Shown piece by piece: positions 16,605-26,252 of a DNA stretch of 32,741 bases. The stretch covers positions 5,051 through 37,791 of the forward strand of contig CAZRZS010000002.1 in assembly GCA_964604685.1 (NCBI GenBank), read 5' to 3'. Each line of letters begins with the position of its first letter. Positions within the stretch are counted from its first letter, which is position 1. The DNA is from an uncultured Gammaproteobacteria bacterium (GTDB lineage Bacteria; Patescibacteriota; Patescibacteriia; Magasanikbacterales; UBA922). The notes below the pieces were generated by a model that saw only the letters and a list, made by a program, of their open reading frames with translations, had not been told where the DNA came from and searched no databases. The position numbers and the translations under genes are program-made.

Positions 16605-17117
16605 CTATTGTCTTAAGCTCACAGCTGTCTGCAGGCTCTGGTCATAGCTAAACTCAACATCACCGTCAAAATTATTAAACTCCACAGTTAAAGCAACTCC
16701 AATATTTTCTTTACTAGCTCCGCCTGTCAAATTGGTAAAAACTAAATTTGTCACCCTGACTTCATCACTCGTTATGGGTATAGCGCCACTTGTACCTTGA
16801 TTGATTTGTAATACCCCATCATCAACCGAAAGGTCAATAACTGTAGGATTTAAACTAATAGAAGCCATACTTAAAGACAAAACACCTGGATCTAAAGCAA
16901 AAGTTGAACTATCTAAATTAACCCCATTGGCCGCTTCTATCTTTTGACTGATTAAATCTAAAGCTACTCGTGCATTCGCCTGGACCTCCTGAACTACATA
17001 GGTTTTATTACGTGAATCAGAAATATGTAAAGCAAAACTGACAAATGCCAACATCACACCGCCAATTATGGTAATATATATCAAAGTTTCAATTAAGGTA
17101 AAGCCACGCTTATTCAT
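16605..17117 (-). CDS. Minor pseudopilin (PilW/GspJ-like, 170 aa)
   Basis: MNKRG|FTLIETLIYITIIGGVMLAF prepilin signal with Glu at +5. Confidence 0.8.
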   Translation of the reverse strand: MNKRGFTLIETLIYITIIGGVMLAFVSFALHISDSRNKTYVVQEVQANARVALDLISQKIEAANGVNLDSSTFALDPGVLSLSMASISLNPTVIDLSVDDGVLQINQGTSGAIPITSDEVRVTNLVFTNLTGGASKENIGVALTVEFNNFDGDVEFSYDQSLQTAVSLRQ

Positions 17118-17120
17118 ATT

Positions 17121-18059
17121 TTATTTGCTAAGCTGGATAATTTCCCCTCCTTCTGCGCCACAAGCTATGACCTGTAGTTGCCCGGCGGCCTGCTTTTTAA
17201 CTACATAATATGTTTGTTCAGCACTGCCTACCGAAGGATCAAAAGGTATAGTGGATAATTTACTACTTAAGGCCCCTGATAAATCTAAACAAGCAGTTTG
17301 TGTCTGCTGACCAGTACCTAAATTAATCTTAATAAAATAATCACCATTGTCATTAGTCCAACCAGTCTGTGAACCATCACCATTCAAACCACTGCGATAT
17401 TCAGGATCAGGACCGGTAGGACCAACTTCATCCATCAAAAACTTAACCGTGCCAGAACCATTATACAAAAGCAATTGCACAAAAAAATAATCCCCCAAAC
17501 TATTCTTATTAATATTATAACTATTGCTATACCAAGTGTAGTTACTGGTAGTGCTATCAGTCCTGATATTGGCAGCATCAACAAAATCATAATCAGTATA
17601 AGAAGAAGCATTGCCAATACGCAAACGTAACTGACCACTACAGCTGCCATCACAATCTAAAACTGCCGAAACTGTTAAAACGGAAAAATCACTCACTGCT
17701 GAAGCATTAAACCAATTACGCACTGTATAGGTGTTGTTAGAGTAATACTTTAAAGTCTGATTGGAATTGTGATAAGCAATGTCCATATTGCTTTCACCAC
17801 CACATCTCACATCACAACCACTGCCAGCCGTGCCTAACATTCTTAAACTGGTATCAATACCAGCTGGTAAAATCCCCCGCTGGTCAACTTGCTCTAAACG
17901 GATGGCATCAATAATAGAGTTAATATCATTCCAACGCCGAGAATTACGGGCGTCCTGAAAACGTTGCAAAGGATTAAGGGCAACAAAGACCACTGCCGCT
18001 AAAACAGCGATAATCGCAATCACGATTAATAATTCAATCAAAGTAAAACCTTTTTTCAT
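17121..18059 (-). CDS. Type IV pilin with an inserted central domain of about 190 aa (312 aa)
   Basis: MKKG|FTLIELLIVIAIIAVLAAVVFVALNPLQRFQD. The C-terminus CLDLSG...IPFDPS......TYYV......G.L.V.ACGAEGGE matches the C-terminus of the neighbouring 482-aa pilin. Confidence 0.88.
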   Translation of the reverse strand: MKKGFTLIELLIVIAIIAVLAAVVFVALNPLQRFQDARNSRRWNDINSIIDAIRLEQVDQRGILPAGIDTSLRMLGTAGSGCDVRCGGESNMDIAYHNSNQTLKYYSNNTYTVRNWFNASAVSDFSVLTVSAVLDCDGSCSGQLRLRIGNASSYTDYDFVDAANIRTDSTTSNYTWYSNSYNINKNSLGDYFFVQLLLYNGSGTVKFLMDEVGPTGPDPEYRSGLNGDGSQTGWTNDNGDYFIKINLGTGQQTQTACLDLSGALSSKLSTIPFDPSVGSAEQTYYVVKKQAAGQLQVIACGAEGGEIIQLSK

Positions 18060-18060
18060 A

Positions 18061-19509
18061 TTATCTTGTTACTTTTATTTCCTCCCCTTCTGCGGCACAA
18101 GCTTGGACATTAACTTGCCCGGTTTCATCGCGCTGCAAAGCATAATATGTTTTATTACTATCACCCAGAGAAGGATCAAAAGGTATTTGAGGTAAATGAG
18201 AGACTAAAATAGAACCTAGGTCAAGACAACTATCCACCAAAACATCACGACCCCCGCCAGCACTGGCTATTCCAACTGTCACACTTTTCAATATCGGACT
18301 ATAAACTGCCCGATCAGTATTAAAATTCACTTGATATTGAAAATATTGATTATCAGCCAAATTAGTTAAATTCAAAGCAGGCAAGCCAATTGTAGAATTA
18401 TTTAACTCTGTGTAATAGGTAGCAGCTGTACCATCAGGTCCGATAAATGATTCACCACTACAGGCATTGTCAGCACAAGAGCGGACTTGAAAACGTAGAC
18501 GATTAGCCCCCCGGCGATAATGAGACAAAACTTCATCTGGTGAAAGTGCACGGTTATAAATAGCGACCTCATCCATACTGCCGTGAAAATAACTATTTTG
18601 TTTACCTAATTGCACAGGTAGATTGTTGATATTAATATCCCAACTAACTGGTGAATCATCGATTAAGACCCCGTTGGCATATAAAGAAACTTTGTCATTT
18701 GCCTCAAACACACCAACTAGATGTGTCCATCCTGTACCTAAATAATATGGGCCAGAAGCAGCATAACCAGTATTATTGGCATTTCTGACGAAAAAATAGA
18801 CTGACCTAATTTTATGTAAACTCAAAGAAAAAGAACCACCTTTAGCATAACCTATACCCTTGGTTATTATGCCAGCATAAGAAACAGTTGGATTAGTTAA
18901 CTTTTTTACCCAAGCTTCAACAGTAAAATCACCAGACAAGTTTAGACTTGAAGCATTACCCGCATCTATGTAATCACTACTGCCAGCAAAACCTATCGCT
19001 CTATTGAATTTACCAGTTTGTCCGTAAAGACTACCATTGTATGTCCCTGCATTACCACTACCAGAACTATCAGTAATCGTCCCGGAAGTTTCATTTAAGT
19101 GGTAAAGTAACACATTGCCACTCATGTTGGCATTACCAGAGTTATAACTAGACTCACTTGCCTGATTATTAGGCAATTCTTTATAACTAGGTTGACTTGG
19201 ACTCCAATATAAAGTAGTCCAAGCACTCAAGGTGCTGGCAGAAAATATCTGCGAGGTATAGGTGCCACTTGTACCTGAAGCTAATTTAACTCCAGATTCT
19301 GTTCCGATCCACTGTGTATTAATATAACTGCCAGCATTTTGGTAAAGCCGTATAGCGCCGGCAATAGCATCCACATCTGACCAACGTTGGACATTACGCG
19401 TCTCCTTAAAACGCTGCAGAGGATTAAGAGCAACAAAAACCACTGCCGCTAAAACAGCAATAATCGCAATCACGATTAATAATTCAATTAAAGTAAAGCC
19501 TTTTTTCAT
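18061..19509 (-). CDS. Type IV pilin carrying a LamG/concanavalin-like lectin-fold domain (482 aa)
   Basis: Same prepilin N-terminus as the 312-aa pilin. The central region LYHLNETSGT..DSSG.GN.GT......G..G.A..F.G..DYI.....SL.LSGDFTVEAWV...SLYANGVL....FHGSMDEVAIYNRALS..EV is the Laminin_G_3 pattern (about nt 18505-19122). Confidence 0.88.
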   Translation of the reverse strand: MKKGFTLIELLIVIAIIAVLAAVVFVALNPLQRFKETRNVQRWSDVDAIAGAIRLYQNAGSYINTQWIGTESGVKLASGTSGTYTSQIFSASTLSAWTTLYWSPSQPSYKELPNNQASESSYNSGNANMSGNVLLYHLNETSGTITDSSGSGNAGTYNGSLYGQTGKFNRAIGFAGSSDYIDAGNASSLNLSGDFTVEAWVKKLTNPTVSYAGIITKGIGYAKGGSFSLSLHKIRSVYFFVRNANNTGYAASGPYYLGTGWTHLVGVFEANDKVSLYANGVLIDDSPVSWDININNLPVQLGKQNSYFHGSMDEVAIYNRALSPDEVLSHYRRGANRLRFQVRSCADNACSGESFIGPDGTAATYYTELNNSTIGLPALNLTNLADNQYFQYQVNFNTDRAVYSPILKSVTVGIASAGGGRDVLVDSCLDLGSILVSHLPQIPFDPSLGDSNKTYYALQRDETGQVNVQACAAEGEEIKVTR

Positions 19510-19512
19510 AAG

Positions 19513-22500
19513 CTAGTGATAATATATTCTAGTTTTTTGTAAGGTAGGGGTATTAATTGAATCACCAAACAGACTTGCCTTATAACGTATCCACTGTTGA
19601 TTATTATCAGGATTAATCAACTCTCCAGTATTTTTCGTAAAATAGTCGGTCTCATCGCCGTCTTCACCCTGTGGACCAGACCAAGTGGCTGACCAAACAC
19701 CTGGTACACCCTCATTATCAGGAGCGGTTTTAATTTGTAACTTAACTTCACAATTAGGACTACAACTAGGTGTCTCTTGATCCCATTCTATCACAGTAAA
19801 AGCCGTAGGTGAACCTTCATTAAAAGCCGAAGAGATAATATAACCTAAACTACTAAAAATCGTCTGCTGAAAACGAAAACCTGCTAAATCTTGATTCAAA
19901 CCACTAGTATCCCAGCTACTGCCACCATCTGTACTGACAACATAAAAAGATGATATATAGCCGTAATTAATACTGTTTAAAGCAAAATCATCAAGATGGC
20001 TTTCTGAACGGATGATGTAATAGACTGTTTCATCAGCCTCAGGTGAGGAAATATAAATACGATATATCTTACCCGCTGTCAAAGTCAAAGGCGAGGTAAA
20101 ATAAAACTCCTGCCAAGCATAAACGCCATTAGTTATTTGATCTAAAGTTGTTAAAGTAGTGGTAGCCAATAACAGATTGTCAGTCACATTATATAAACTC
20201 AAAATTAAATCAGCTTCTGGTCCTTGATCATTTTCTGAAACGTTTATACCCACCGAAGAAATAATTGTATCCTTAGCGGGAGTAAACTGTTGGCCAAAAT
20301 AATTGGCACCATAAATCTGATGTTCTTCTGATGTCTCATAAGGATTACCTTCGTAACTACCATCACTAAATTCTAAAATATAAATGGGTTGATGATTTTG
20401 TATAAGCCAACTAGCACCACTATCTTCACTAAACAAAATATTACTTTGTCTGTCTGCCGAACCATCAAAAGCATGTAGTAAATTAAGCGGTTGACTGCGA
20501 CGTAATTCAATATTATTGCCACCGTTAATAGTACCCGTCTGGTGTTCTATTACTAAGTGATAAACTGTATCTTGGTTTAAAGACACATTTTCATTTAAGG
20601 TTATAGTCTGCCAACCAGTGGCAGTGGCTTGATAATCACCATAACCTTGATTATTATTTCCCAACCAGATACCAGAGGGTTCACCTTCATTATCAGCCTG
20701 CAAACCATAACGATAAGTTGGGCTAGTACCTCTTTCTTCTTGTAAATAGAAGCGCAAAGCACTAACCTCTTTGCTATTTGTGGCAGTAAAACGCAAACTT
20801 ATTGTATAAGCCGAATTAGATAAAGATCCAACACCATCAACTGAAGAAACAATAAAACGATTACCATAATAAGTTACCGAAGCGACATTGTAGGTTAAAT
20901 CAATATTATCTAATTTTACCAACTGAGTGCCATCACTTGCCAAGAAAGCCTTAAACATAAATTTCTTGGCTGTCGTATCAAAATATAAAATTGCAGAATT
21001 CACTACAGAAGCGGTGTTATAATCCTCTGCTTCAGCCAACTCCCAAGAATCACCATCCCAATACTGCCAAGTAGCTCCATCATCATTTGACAATTGATAA
21101 TATATTTCTCCCCCGTTTTTTACTGCTGTTTCCACAAAGCCTGTCCAGGAATTTAGAGCTGTGGGCATAAAAGAAGAACTATTACTAATCACCGGTTTAT
21201 TACTATCATAACTGGCCGCCTGCCAAACTAAGTTGACATTATCAAAACCAACTGTAAAAGGCCCAGCGCCTTCGCCACTAGGAGTTTCTAACCAATAAGC
21301 AAGTTTTAAATAATAAGTGCCCGGCGTGGTAGCCAATGAAGAAGCATCAATTTGAGGGACGGCTGTCCAATCCCCTGTGGCGGCAACATTAACAATTGTC
21401 CCTATTTGGTTAACCGGATCGCCAGAGGTCATATCTAAATAAACACGAATCTGAGAAAAGTTGGGTATGCCATTAAAAACAAAAGCTTTATAATCAAAAT
21501 CTATAGTTACTTGGGGATTTTCTTCGGTCGTGGTAAAAGACTGTTGCCAATAACCTCCTACTTCATCATTATTACCAGCTAGTACACTAATTTCAGCGTA
21601 ACTATCTGAGTCGCCACCACTTATCTGTATTGCACCGCTAGGGGTAACCTCCTCACCGCCGACATCCCAGGTAGAAAAACTCCAAACTGGGGTACTAGGT
21701 GTAAAGCCAATAACCAAATTATCCAATTGTACTTGCTGGCTACCATCACTTGTTAAAAATGCTCGGAACTTAATCTGTTCTGAACTTGTAGAAAAACTAA
21801 AAATACTTGTATTCACCACACTGGCAGTGTTGTAGTTAGCGACTCCGGCAGTGTCCCAAGCAGAACCTGTCCAATACTGCCAAGTAGCCCCATTATCATT
21901 TGACAGTTGATAATATATTTCTCCCCCGTTTTTCACTGCTGTTTCAATAAAACTATTCCAACTCTGCACACCTGGAGCAGAATATGAGGATATAGGATAA
22001 ATGGCTATAGTACCACCTTCTGCTTTCAACTGGGCCATGCCGGAAGTAATTTCTATGGAGTTAGTGTCATAAATATAATTACTAGTCGTGGTAAACGACC
22101 AATTATAACTATCATCAATTGTATACTCAAAACCATCGTCCAAAGTTTCGCCAGAACCACCGGCTGTGCCTACTAATTGGGCAAAGCCATCTGCAACCGC
22201 AATTAAAGAAGTGGAATAAGTATAGTTTTCTGGCAATTCAAAAGGCCAAGTGGTAGAAGCAGAGATATCTGTAGTTTGTGCCAATGTCACTTCACCAACA
22301 CTATTATCAATAACATCTTCACCTGTACTGTAACGGGTACTATTGGACCAAATATTTTGTCCTTTCCCTCCGAACCAGTCAGTTTGTGGCCAAAGTTTGG
22401 TCTGCCAATTAGTTAAATAAGCTACTTCTTGAACAGTATTTGTCACCCCTTCTCTGACCTGCCAAATAACAGCTGAAGTAACTTTCTTGCTATGAACATC

Positions 22501-22863
22501 TAAATAACTACCCGGACAATCTGTGATCTCATCATTCTCATCACGACAAACATCAGCAAAACTAATTGTCCGCGTATAATCCCCAATTGTCTCAGTAGTA
22601 CCCTCACCAGTTAAAGCCCAGGCCACACCAGAGACAAAAACCGAAGAAGTGGTAAAACGCAATTCATTCCAAGCTCTGTCACGAATTGCCCGCACTGCCT
22701 CTAAACCTTCCTGAGCTAAAGCCTGAGCTTCTGTTTGCTCACCACCTTGCTCTAAAGTGATAAAACCACCAGTTGACATTGACACCATAGCTGCGGCAAG
22801 CAAAGCAAAAATGGACATCGCTAAGATGACCTCTAATAAACTTTGTCCCCTGTTATTAAGCAT
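19513..22863 (-). CDS. Giant pseudopilin/adhesin (1116 aa) with Asp-box motifs and duplicated beta-sandwich modules
   Basis: RG|QSLLEVILAMSIFALLAAA prepilin-type N-terminus with Glu at +5. Four SxDxGxxW Asp-boxes: SNDNGATW, SNDDGATW, SEDSGASW and STDGGSSW. There is an internal duplication of about 90 aa. GGAGGAGG lies 5 nt upstream of the ATG. Confidence 0.88.
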   Translation of the reverse strand: MLNNRGQSLLEVILAMSIFALLAAAMVSMSTGGFITLEQGGEQTEAQALAQEGLEAVRAIRDRAWNELRFTTSSVFVSGVAWALTGEGTTETIGDYTRTISFADVCRDENDEITDCPGSYLDVHSKKVTSAVIWQVREGVTNTVQEVAYLTNWQTKLWPQTDWFGGKGQNIWSNSTRYSTGEDVIDNSVGEVTLAQTTDISASTTWPFELPENYTYSTSLIAVADGFAQLVGTAGGSGETLDDGFEYTIDDSYNWSFTTTSNYIYDTNSIEITSGMAQLKAEGGTIAIYPISSYSAPGVQSWNSFIETAVKNGGEIYYQLSNDNGATWQYWTGSAWDTAGVANYNTASVVNTSIFSFSTSSEQIKFRAFLTSDGSQQVQLDNLVIGFTPSTPVWSFSTWDVGGEEVTPSGAIQISGGDSDSYAEISVLAGNNDEVGGYWQQSFTTTEENPQVTIDFDYKAFVFNGIPNFSQIRVYLDMTSGDPVNQIGTIVNVAATGDWTAVPQIDASSLATTPGTYYLKLAYWLETPSGEGAGPFTVGFDNVNLVWQAASYDSNKPVISNSSSFMPTALNSWTGFVETAVKNGGEIYYQLSNDDGATWQYWDGDSWELAEAEDYNTASVVNSAILYFDTTAKKFMFKAFLASDGTQLVKLDNIDLTYNVASVTYYGNRFIVSSVDGVGSLSNSAYTISLRFTATNSKEVSALRFYLQEERGTSPTYRYGLQADNEGEPSGIWLGNNNQGYGDYQATATGWQTITLNENVSLNQDTVYHLVIEHQTGTINGGNNIELRRSQPLNLLHAFDGSADRQSNILFSEDSGASWLIQNHQPIYILEFSDGSYEGNPYETSEEHQIYGANYFGQQFTPAKDTIISSVGINVSENDQGPEADLILSLYNVTDNLLLATTTLTTLDQITNGVYAWQEFYFTSPLTLTAGKIYRIYISSPEADETVYYIIRSESHLDDFALNSINYGYISSFYVVSTDGGSSWDTSGLNQDLAGFRFQQTIFSSLGYIISSAFNEGSPTAFTVIEWDQETPSCSPNCEVKLQIKTAPDNEGVPGVWSATWSGPQGEDGDETDYFTKNTGELINPDNNQQWIRYKASLFGDSINTPTLQKTRIYYH
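20893..21168 (-). repeat. Internal duplicated module Y2 of the giant pilin (aa about 566-657)
   Basis: SWTGFVETAVKNGGEIYYQLSNDDGATWQYW...DYNTASVVN...FKAFLASDGTQLVKLDNI. Confidence 0.85.
21706..21978 (-). repeat. Internal duplicated module Y1 of the giant pilin (aa about 296-386)
   Basis: SWNSFIETAVKNGGEIYYQLSNDNGATWQYW...NYNTASVVN...FRAFLTSDGSQQVQLDNL aligns with Y2, 810 nt away. DNA similarity is visible (ttgataatatatttctcccccgttttt in both). Confidence 0.85.
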
Positions 22864-22864
22864 A

Positions 22865-23335
22865 CTAATCCTCCTCCACTTTACCCAAGCTATTAACTGA
22901 AATCAAGACTGTACCTTCTATATCGTGGTTTAAATTAAAACTTCCCACATTATTTGGTCGCCCTAGACCTTGAGAAAAATTTATATCCACGTCAGTGCCT
23001 AACAAAGCAAAATCTTGATTTACAATTGATAAGGGATCATCTAATTCAACCACTCGATCATAATCAAAATCACGGGTAAGGTATGAATCACCGTGATATA
23101 AGATGTAACTGTCAGGGGTTAAAGCATTGATATCAAAATATACGCCATGGGCGCTGTTGTTAAAACGAGCCAGACTGTCTTGACGGGCAGTGCGCAATGT
23201 CTGTACTATTTGACTGGCCGACTCTTTTAACTGTGCCTGCACTTGCAAGTTGCCATAAATCGGAATAGCCACAATAACTAAAATCGACGCAAGGGCAATT
23301 ACGATTAAAAGTTCTACTACAGTAAAACCACGCAT
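22865..23335 (-). CDS. Minor pseudopilin (GspH/FimT-like, 156 aa)
   Basis: MRG|FTVVELLIVIALASILV prepilin signal, followed by the QIVQTLRTARQ.SL helix typical of GspH/FimT-type minor pilins. Confidence 0.8.
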   Translation of the reverse strand: MRGFTVVELLIVIALASILVIVAIPIYGNLQVQAQLKESASQIVQTLRTARQDSLARFNNSAHGVYFDINALTPDSYILYHGDSYLTRDFDYDRVVELDDPLSIVNQDFALLGTDVDINFSQGLGRPNNVGSFNLNHDIEGTVLISVNSLGKVEED

Positions 23336-23337
23336 AA

Positions 23338-24423
23338 TTATCTATTAATACCACCAGTAATATTATAGATTGGGGTAATAATTGACAACGCTAAAAAGCC
23401 AACAACTAAACCGATAAAGATGAGTAAAATCGGTTCCACAGCCGTGGCTAGAGATTTAGTAGAATTATCTACTTCCACTTCATAAAAATTAGCTAAATAA
23501 GCTAATGTATCTTCTAAATTGCCAGACTCCTCACCCACCATAATCATACGCGAAACCATACGGGGAAATAAATTAGGGTAAGCTTTAAGATTGTCTGCCA
23601 GTTTAGTGCCCTTGGCTACGCGTTCTTCAATATGAGATAAGGCCTTGTAATAATAATAATTACCAACCGTATTACGTGTTACTTCCAAGGCTTCATCAAT
23701 ATGCAAACCGCTTTTTAATAACATTCCTAAAGTACGGGCAAAGCGAGTTAAATTAGTATGAAAAACAATACTTTTGACAATCGGTACCTTAAGCATGAAC
23801 CAATGGGTTACTGGATGAGAAAACTTTTGCTTAACTATCCAAACTAAAATAACTATAAAACCTATTAAACTTAAAAATAAAGCCATACCATGATCACTAA
23901 TAAGATGAGAGAATTTTATCAGCCAACGGGTAGTTAAAGGCAAGTCAGTTTTTAAGCCTTCAAATAAAGGAGTAATTTTAGGCAAAACAAAAAAAGACAT
24001 AGTTAAACCCATAATAAAGGCGGCAATCAAAACTACCACAGGATAAAGCAAAGCGCCTTTTACTTTAGAAGTTATTTCCTTTTCCTTCTGTAACTGTTCA
24101 GCCAAGATTTTTAAATTCTCTGATAAAGTACCAGAACTTTCACCGGCATAAACGGCACTAACAAAAATACCCGAAAAAACTTTTGGATAACGAGTTAAAG
24201 AATTAGCCAACGAATTACCTGCTTCTACTGAATGCCTGACACCCTGAATGATTTTTTTCATCTTACCTTTCGCAGCATCTTGAATAATTTCTAAAGATTC
24301 AGTAATGGTTAAACCTGACTGTTGCATGACCGACAAGTGCTTGGCTAAAAGTGCCTTGTCAGTCAAGCCAGTACCACCAATGTTAATATTTAAGTTTAAA
24401 AAATTCTTTCTCTCTGTTGGCAT
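23338..24423 (-). CDS. pilC: Type IV pilus platform protein PilC/GspF
   Basis: Two GspF repeats (the second reads MV.VGEESGNLED.L) and three TM segments. Located immediately downstream of the ATPase. Confidence 0.9.
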   Translation of the reverse strand: MPTERKNFLNLNINIGGTGLTDKALLAKHLSVMQQSGLTITESLEIIQDAAKGKMKKIIQGVRHSVEAGNSLANSLTRYPKVFSGIFVSAVYAGESSGTLSENLKILAEQLQKEKEITSKVKGALLYPVVVLIAAFIMGLTMSFFVLPKITPLFEGLKTDLPLTTRWLIKFSHLISDHGMALFLSLIGFIVILVWIVKQKFSHPVTHWFMLKVPIVKSIVFHTNLTRFARTLGMLLKSGLHIDEALEVTRNTVGNYYYYKALSHIEERVAKGTKLADNLKAYPNLFPRMVSRMIMVGEESGNLEDTLAYLANFYEVEVDNSTKSLATAVEPILLIFIGLVVGFLALSIITPIYNITGGINR

Positions 24424-24438
24424 AAAAAATAATTAATT

Positions 24439-26136
24439 TTAATCGCGAGTAACCCGCAAAACTTCTTCCAAGGTAGTCAAACCATTTAGCACTTTATCAA
24501 TGCCGTCTTCTAACATGGTTGTCATACCATTTTTCTTCGCTGTCTTCAGTATCTCTTCAGAAGAAACACGCTGCAAAATTAACTGACGTACATCTTCTGT
24601 CATTTCCAGAATTTCAAATATAGCAATCCGACCATGATAACCAGTGCTATTACAAACTTTACAACCCGCACCCTTGTACAAGCGTAATTTTTCCAATTTT
24701 TTTTCGCCATGAGCTATCAAAATATCCTTAAGATGATCATTCATTTGCATGGCATGCTTTTCTTCTTCATTTAAACGATAAGAAGTACGGCAATGAGCGC
24801 AAATTTTACGCACCAAACGCTGGGCAATAGCTACATTAACGGTTGAGGCCACTAAAAAAGGCTCAACCTCCATATCCAACAAACGTGGTAAGGTGGTAGC
24901 CGCATCATTAGTATGCAAAGTAGATAAAACCAAATGGCCGGTCAGCGCAGAATTTATGGCAATACCAGCAGTTTCTTCATCACGAATTTCACCTACCATA
25001 ATAATATCAGGATCTTGACGAACCAATGAACGTAGACCTTTGGCAAAAGTCAAATTGGTTTTGTTATCAACTTGAATTTGAGTAATACCGCCAATATCAT
25101 ATTCCACAGGGTCTTCAATCGTCGCGATATTTACATCCCGCCGATTTAAAATTTTCAAAACAGCATACAAAGTGGTTGTCTTACCAGAACCAGTCGGACC
25201 AGTAACTAAAAACATACCATGAGGATGCTTAATAGCACTTTGTACTTTTTTCATGTCTTTTGGTCCCAAACCCAAGTCAGAGAGACTAAACTGGCGACTA
25301 TGCGAAGACAAAATACGCATGACGATATTTTCTCCCTGAACCGTAGGCACAATTGAAATACGAACATCAATCGTTTCTTTTGCCACTTTAAAACGCAACT
25401 TGCCATCTTGAGCCGCTCGATGTTCATCAGTACGTAATTTCGCTAAAATTTTCACTCTAATTAAAATAGTCTCCATGTAATCCTTGGGTATTTCCAAAAC
25501 ATCATGCATCACCCCGTCAATTCTAAAACGAACTATAATTTTATCCTCAGCTGGTTCAATATGGATATCAGATGACTTATTCTGATAACCATATTGCAAT
25601 AAGACATCTACCATCTGGACAACTACATCATCACGCTCTTCTCGTGACATGCCAACTTGCTTTAGCTTCTCTAAGATTTTTTTAAATTCTTCTTCTAAAC
25701 CAGCCTTGTAGTTTGACAAAGCCTCTTGTAAGTCTGTCTCCATCGTATAATATAGAAAAACTTTTTGGCCTAGCCTTTTTTCTACCAAATGCAGTGTAGT
25801 CAAATCGGTTGGGTTGTTCATTGCCACCTTCACACCATCTTTTACCTGAGCAAAAGCTATAATGCCGTTTTGCTTGGCAACTATCTCTGGTATCTGTTTT
25901 AACACCTCTTCCTCAACTTTCTCTCGAGAGAGATTAGCATAAACTAAATTATAATGCTCGGCTAAAGCTTGACCCAAGATGTCTTTGGTCATAAAGCCAG
26001 CTTCCAAAAGGTACTCAACAAAAGTCATACTGGTCTCTTTCATGCCTTTTTCAATCTCTTTAAGGTCAGTATCAGCAATATAGGTTTCTTTAAGCAGTAT
26101 TTGCTTTATTTGTTCTTCAGTTAATTTACCATTCAT
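24439..26136 (-). CDS. pilB: Type IV pilus assembly ATPase PilB/GspE
   Basis: N-terminal GSPII_E_N-like domain, Walker A GPTGSGKTTT, Asp box, Walker B IIMVGEIRD, His box TGHLVLSTLHTN, and tetracysteine CAHC...CKVC. Confidence 0.93.
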   Translation of the reverse strand: MNGKLTEEQIKQILLKETYIADTDLKEIEKGMKETSMTFVEYLLEAGFMTKDILGQALAEHYNLVYANLSREKVEEEVLKQIPEIVAKQNGIIAFAQVKDGVKVAMNNPTDLTTLHLVEKRLGQKVFLYYTMETDLQEALSNYKAGLEEEFKKILEKLKQVGMSREERDDVVVQMVDVLLQYGYQNKSSDIHIEPAEDKIIVRFRIDGVMHDVLEIPKDYMETILIRVKILAKLRTDEHRAAQDGKLRFKVAKETIDVRISIVPTVQGENIVMRILSSHSRQFSLSDLGLGPKDMKKVQSAIKHPHGMFLVTGPTGSGKTTTLYAVLKILNRRDVNIATIEDPVEYDIGGITQIQVDNKTNLTFAKGLRSLVRQDPDIIMVGEIRDEETAGIAINSALTGHLVLSTLHTNDAATTLPRLLDMEVEPFLVASTVNVAIAQRLVRKICAHCRTSYRLNEEEKHAMQMNDHLKDILIAHGEKKLEKLRLYKGAGCKVCNSTGYHGRIAIFEILEMTEDVRQLILQRVSSEEILKTAKKNGMTTMLEDGIDKVLNGLTTLEEVLRVTRD

Positions 26137-26193
26137 AAACTATTAAATTACGGCAAATAATGGATTTGCTACCAAACCACTATCATTGTCCCT

Positions 26194-26228
26194 TATTATA
26201 CCATAAATTTGCCAACTATGGTATAATA
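26194..26228. promoter_or_regulatory. Back-to-back divergent extended -10 promoters (pilB leftward, kinase rightward)
   Basis: tattataccat (26194-26204) and atggtataata (26218-26228) form a perfect 11-nt inverted repeat separated by 13 nt. Each arm reads TGGTATAAT in its own direction. Confidence 0.6.
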
Positions 26229-26252
26229 TAGACACTTTAACTACCATATTTT

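Noticed and set aside
13839-22863. Diversity-generating retroelement targeting the pilin/adhesin genes
   Set aside because: No reverse transcriptase ORF is present. I saw no template/variable repeat pair with adenine-specific mismatches. The internal repeats of the giant pilin are ordinary diverged domain duplications.
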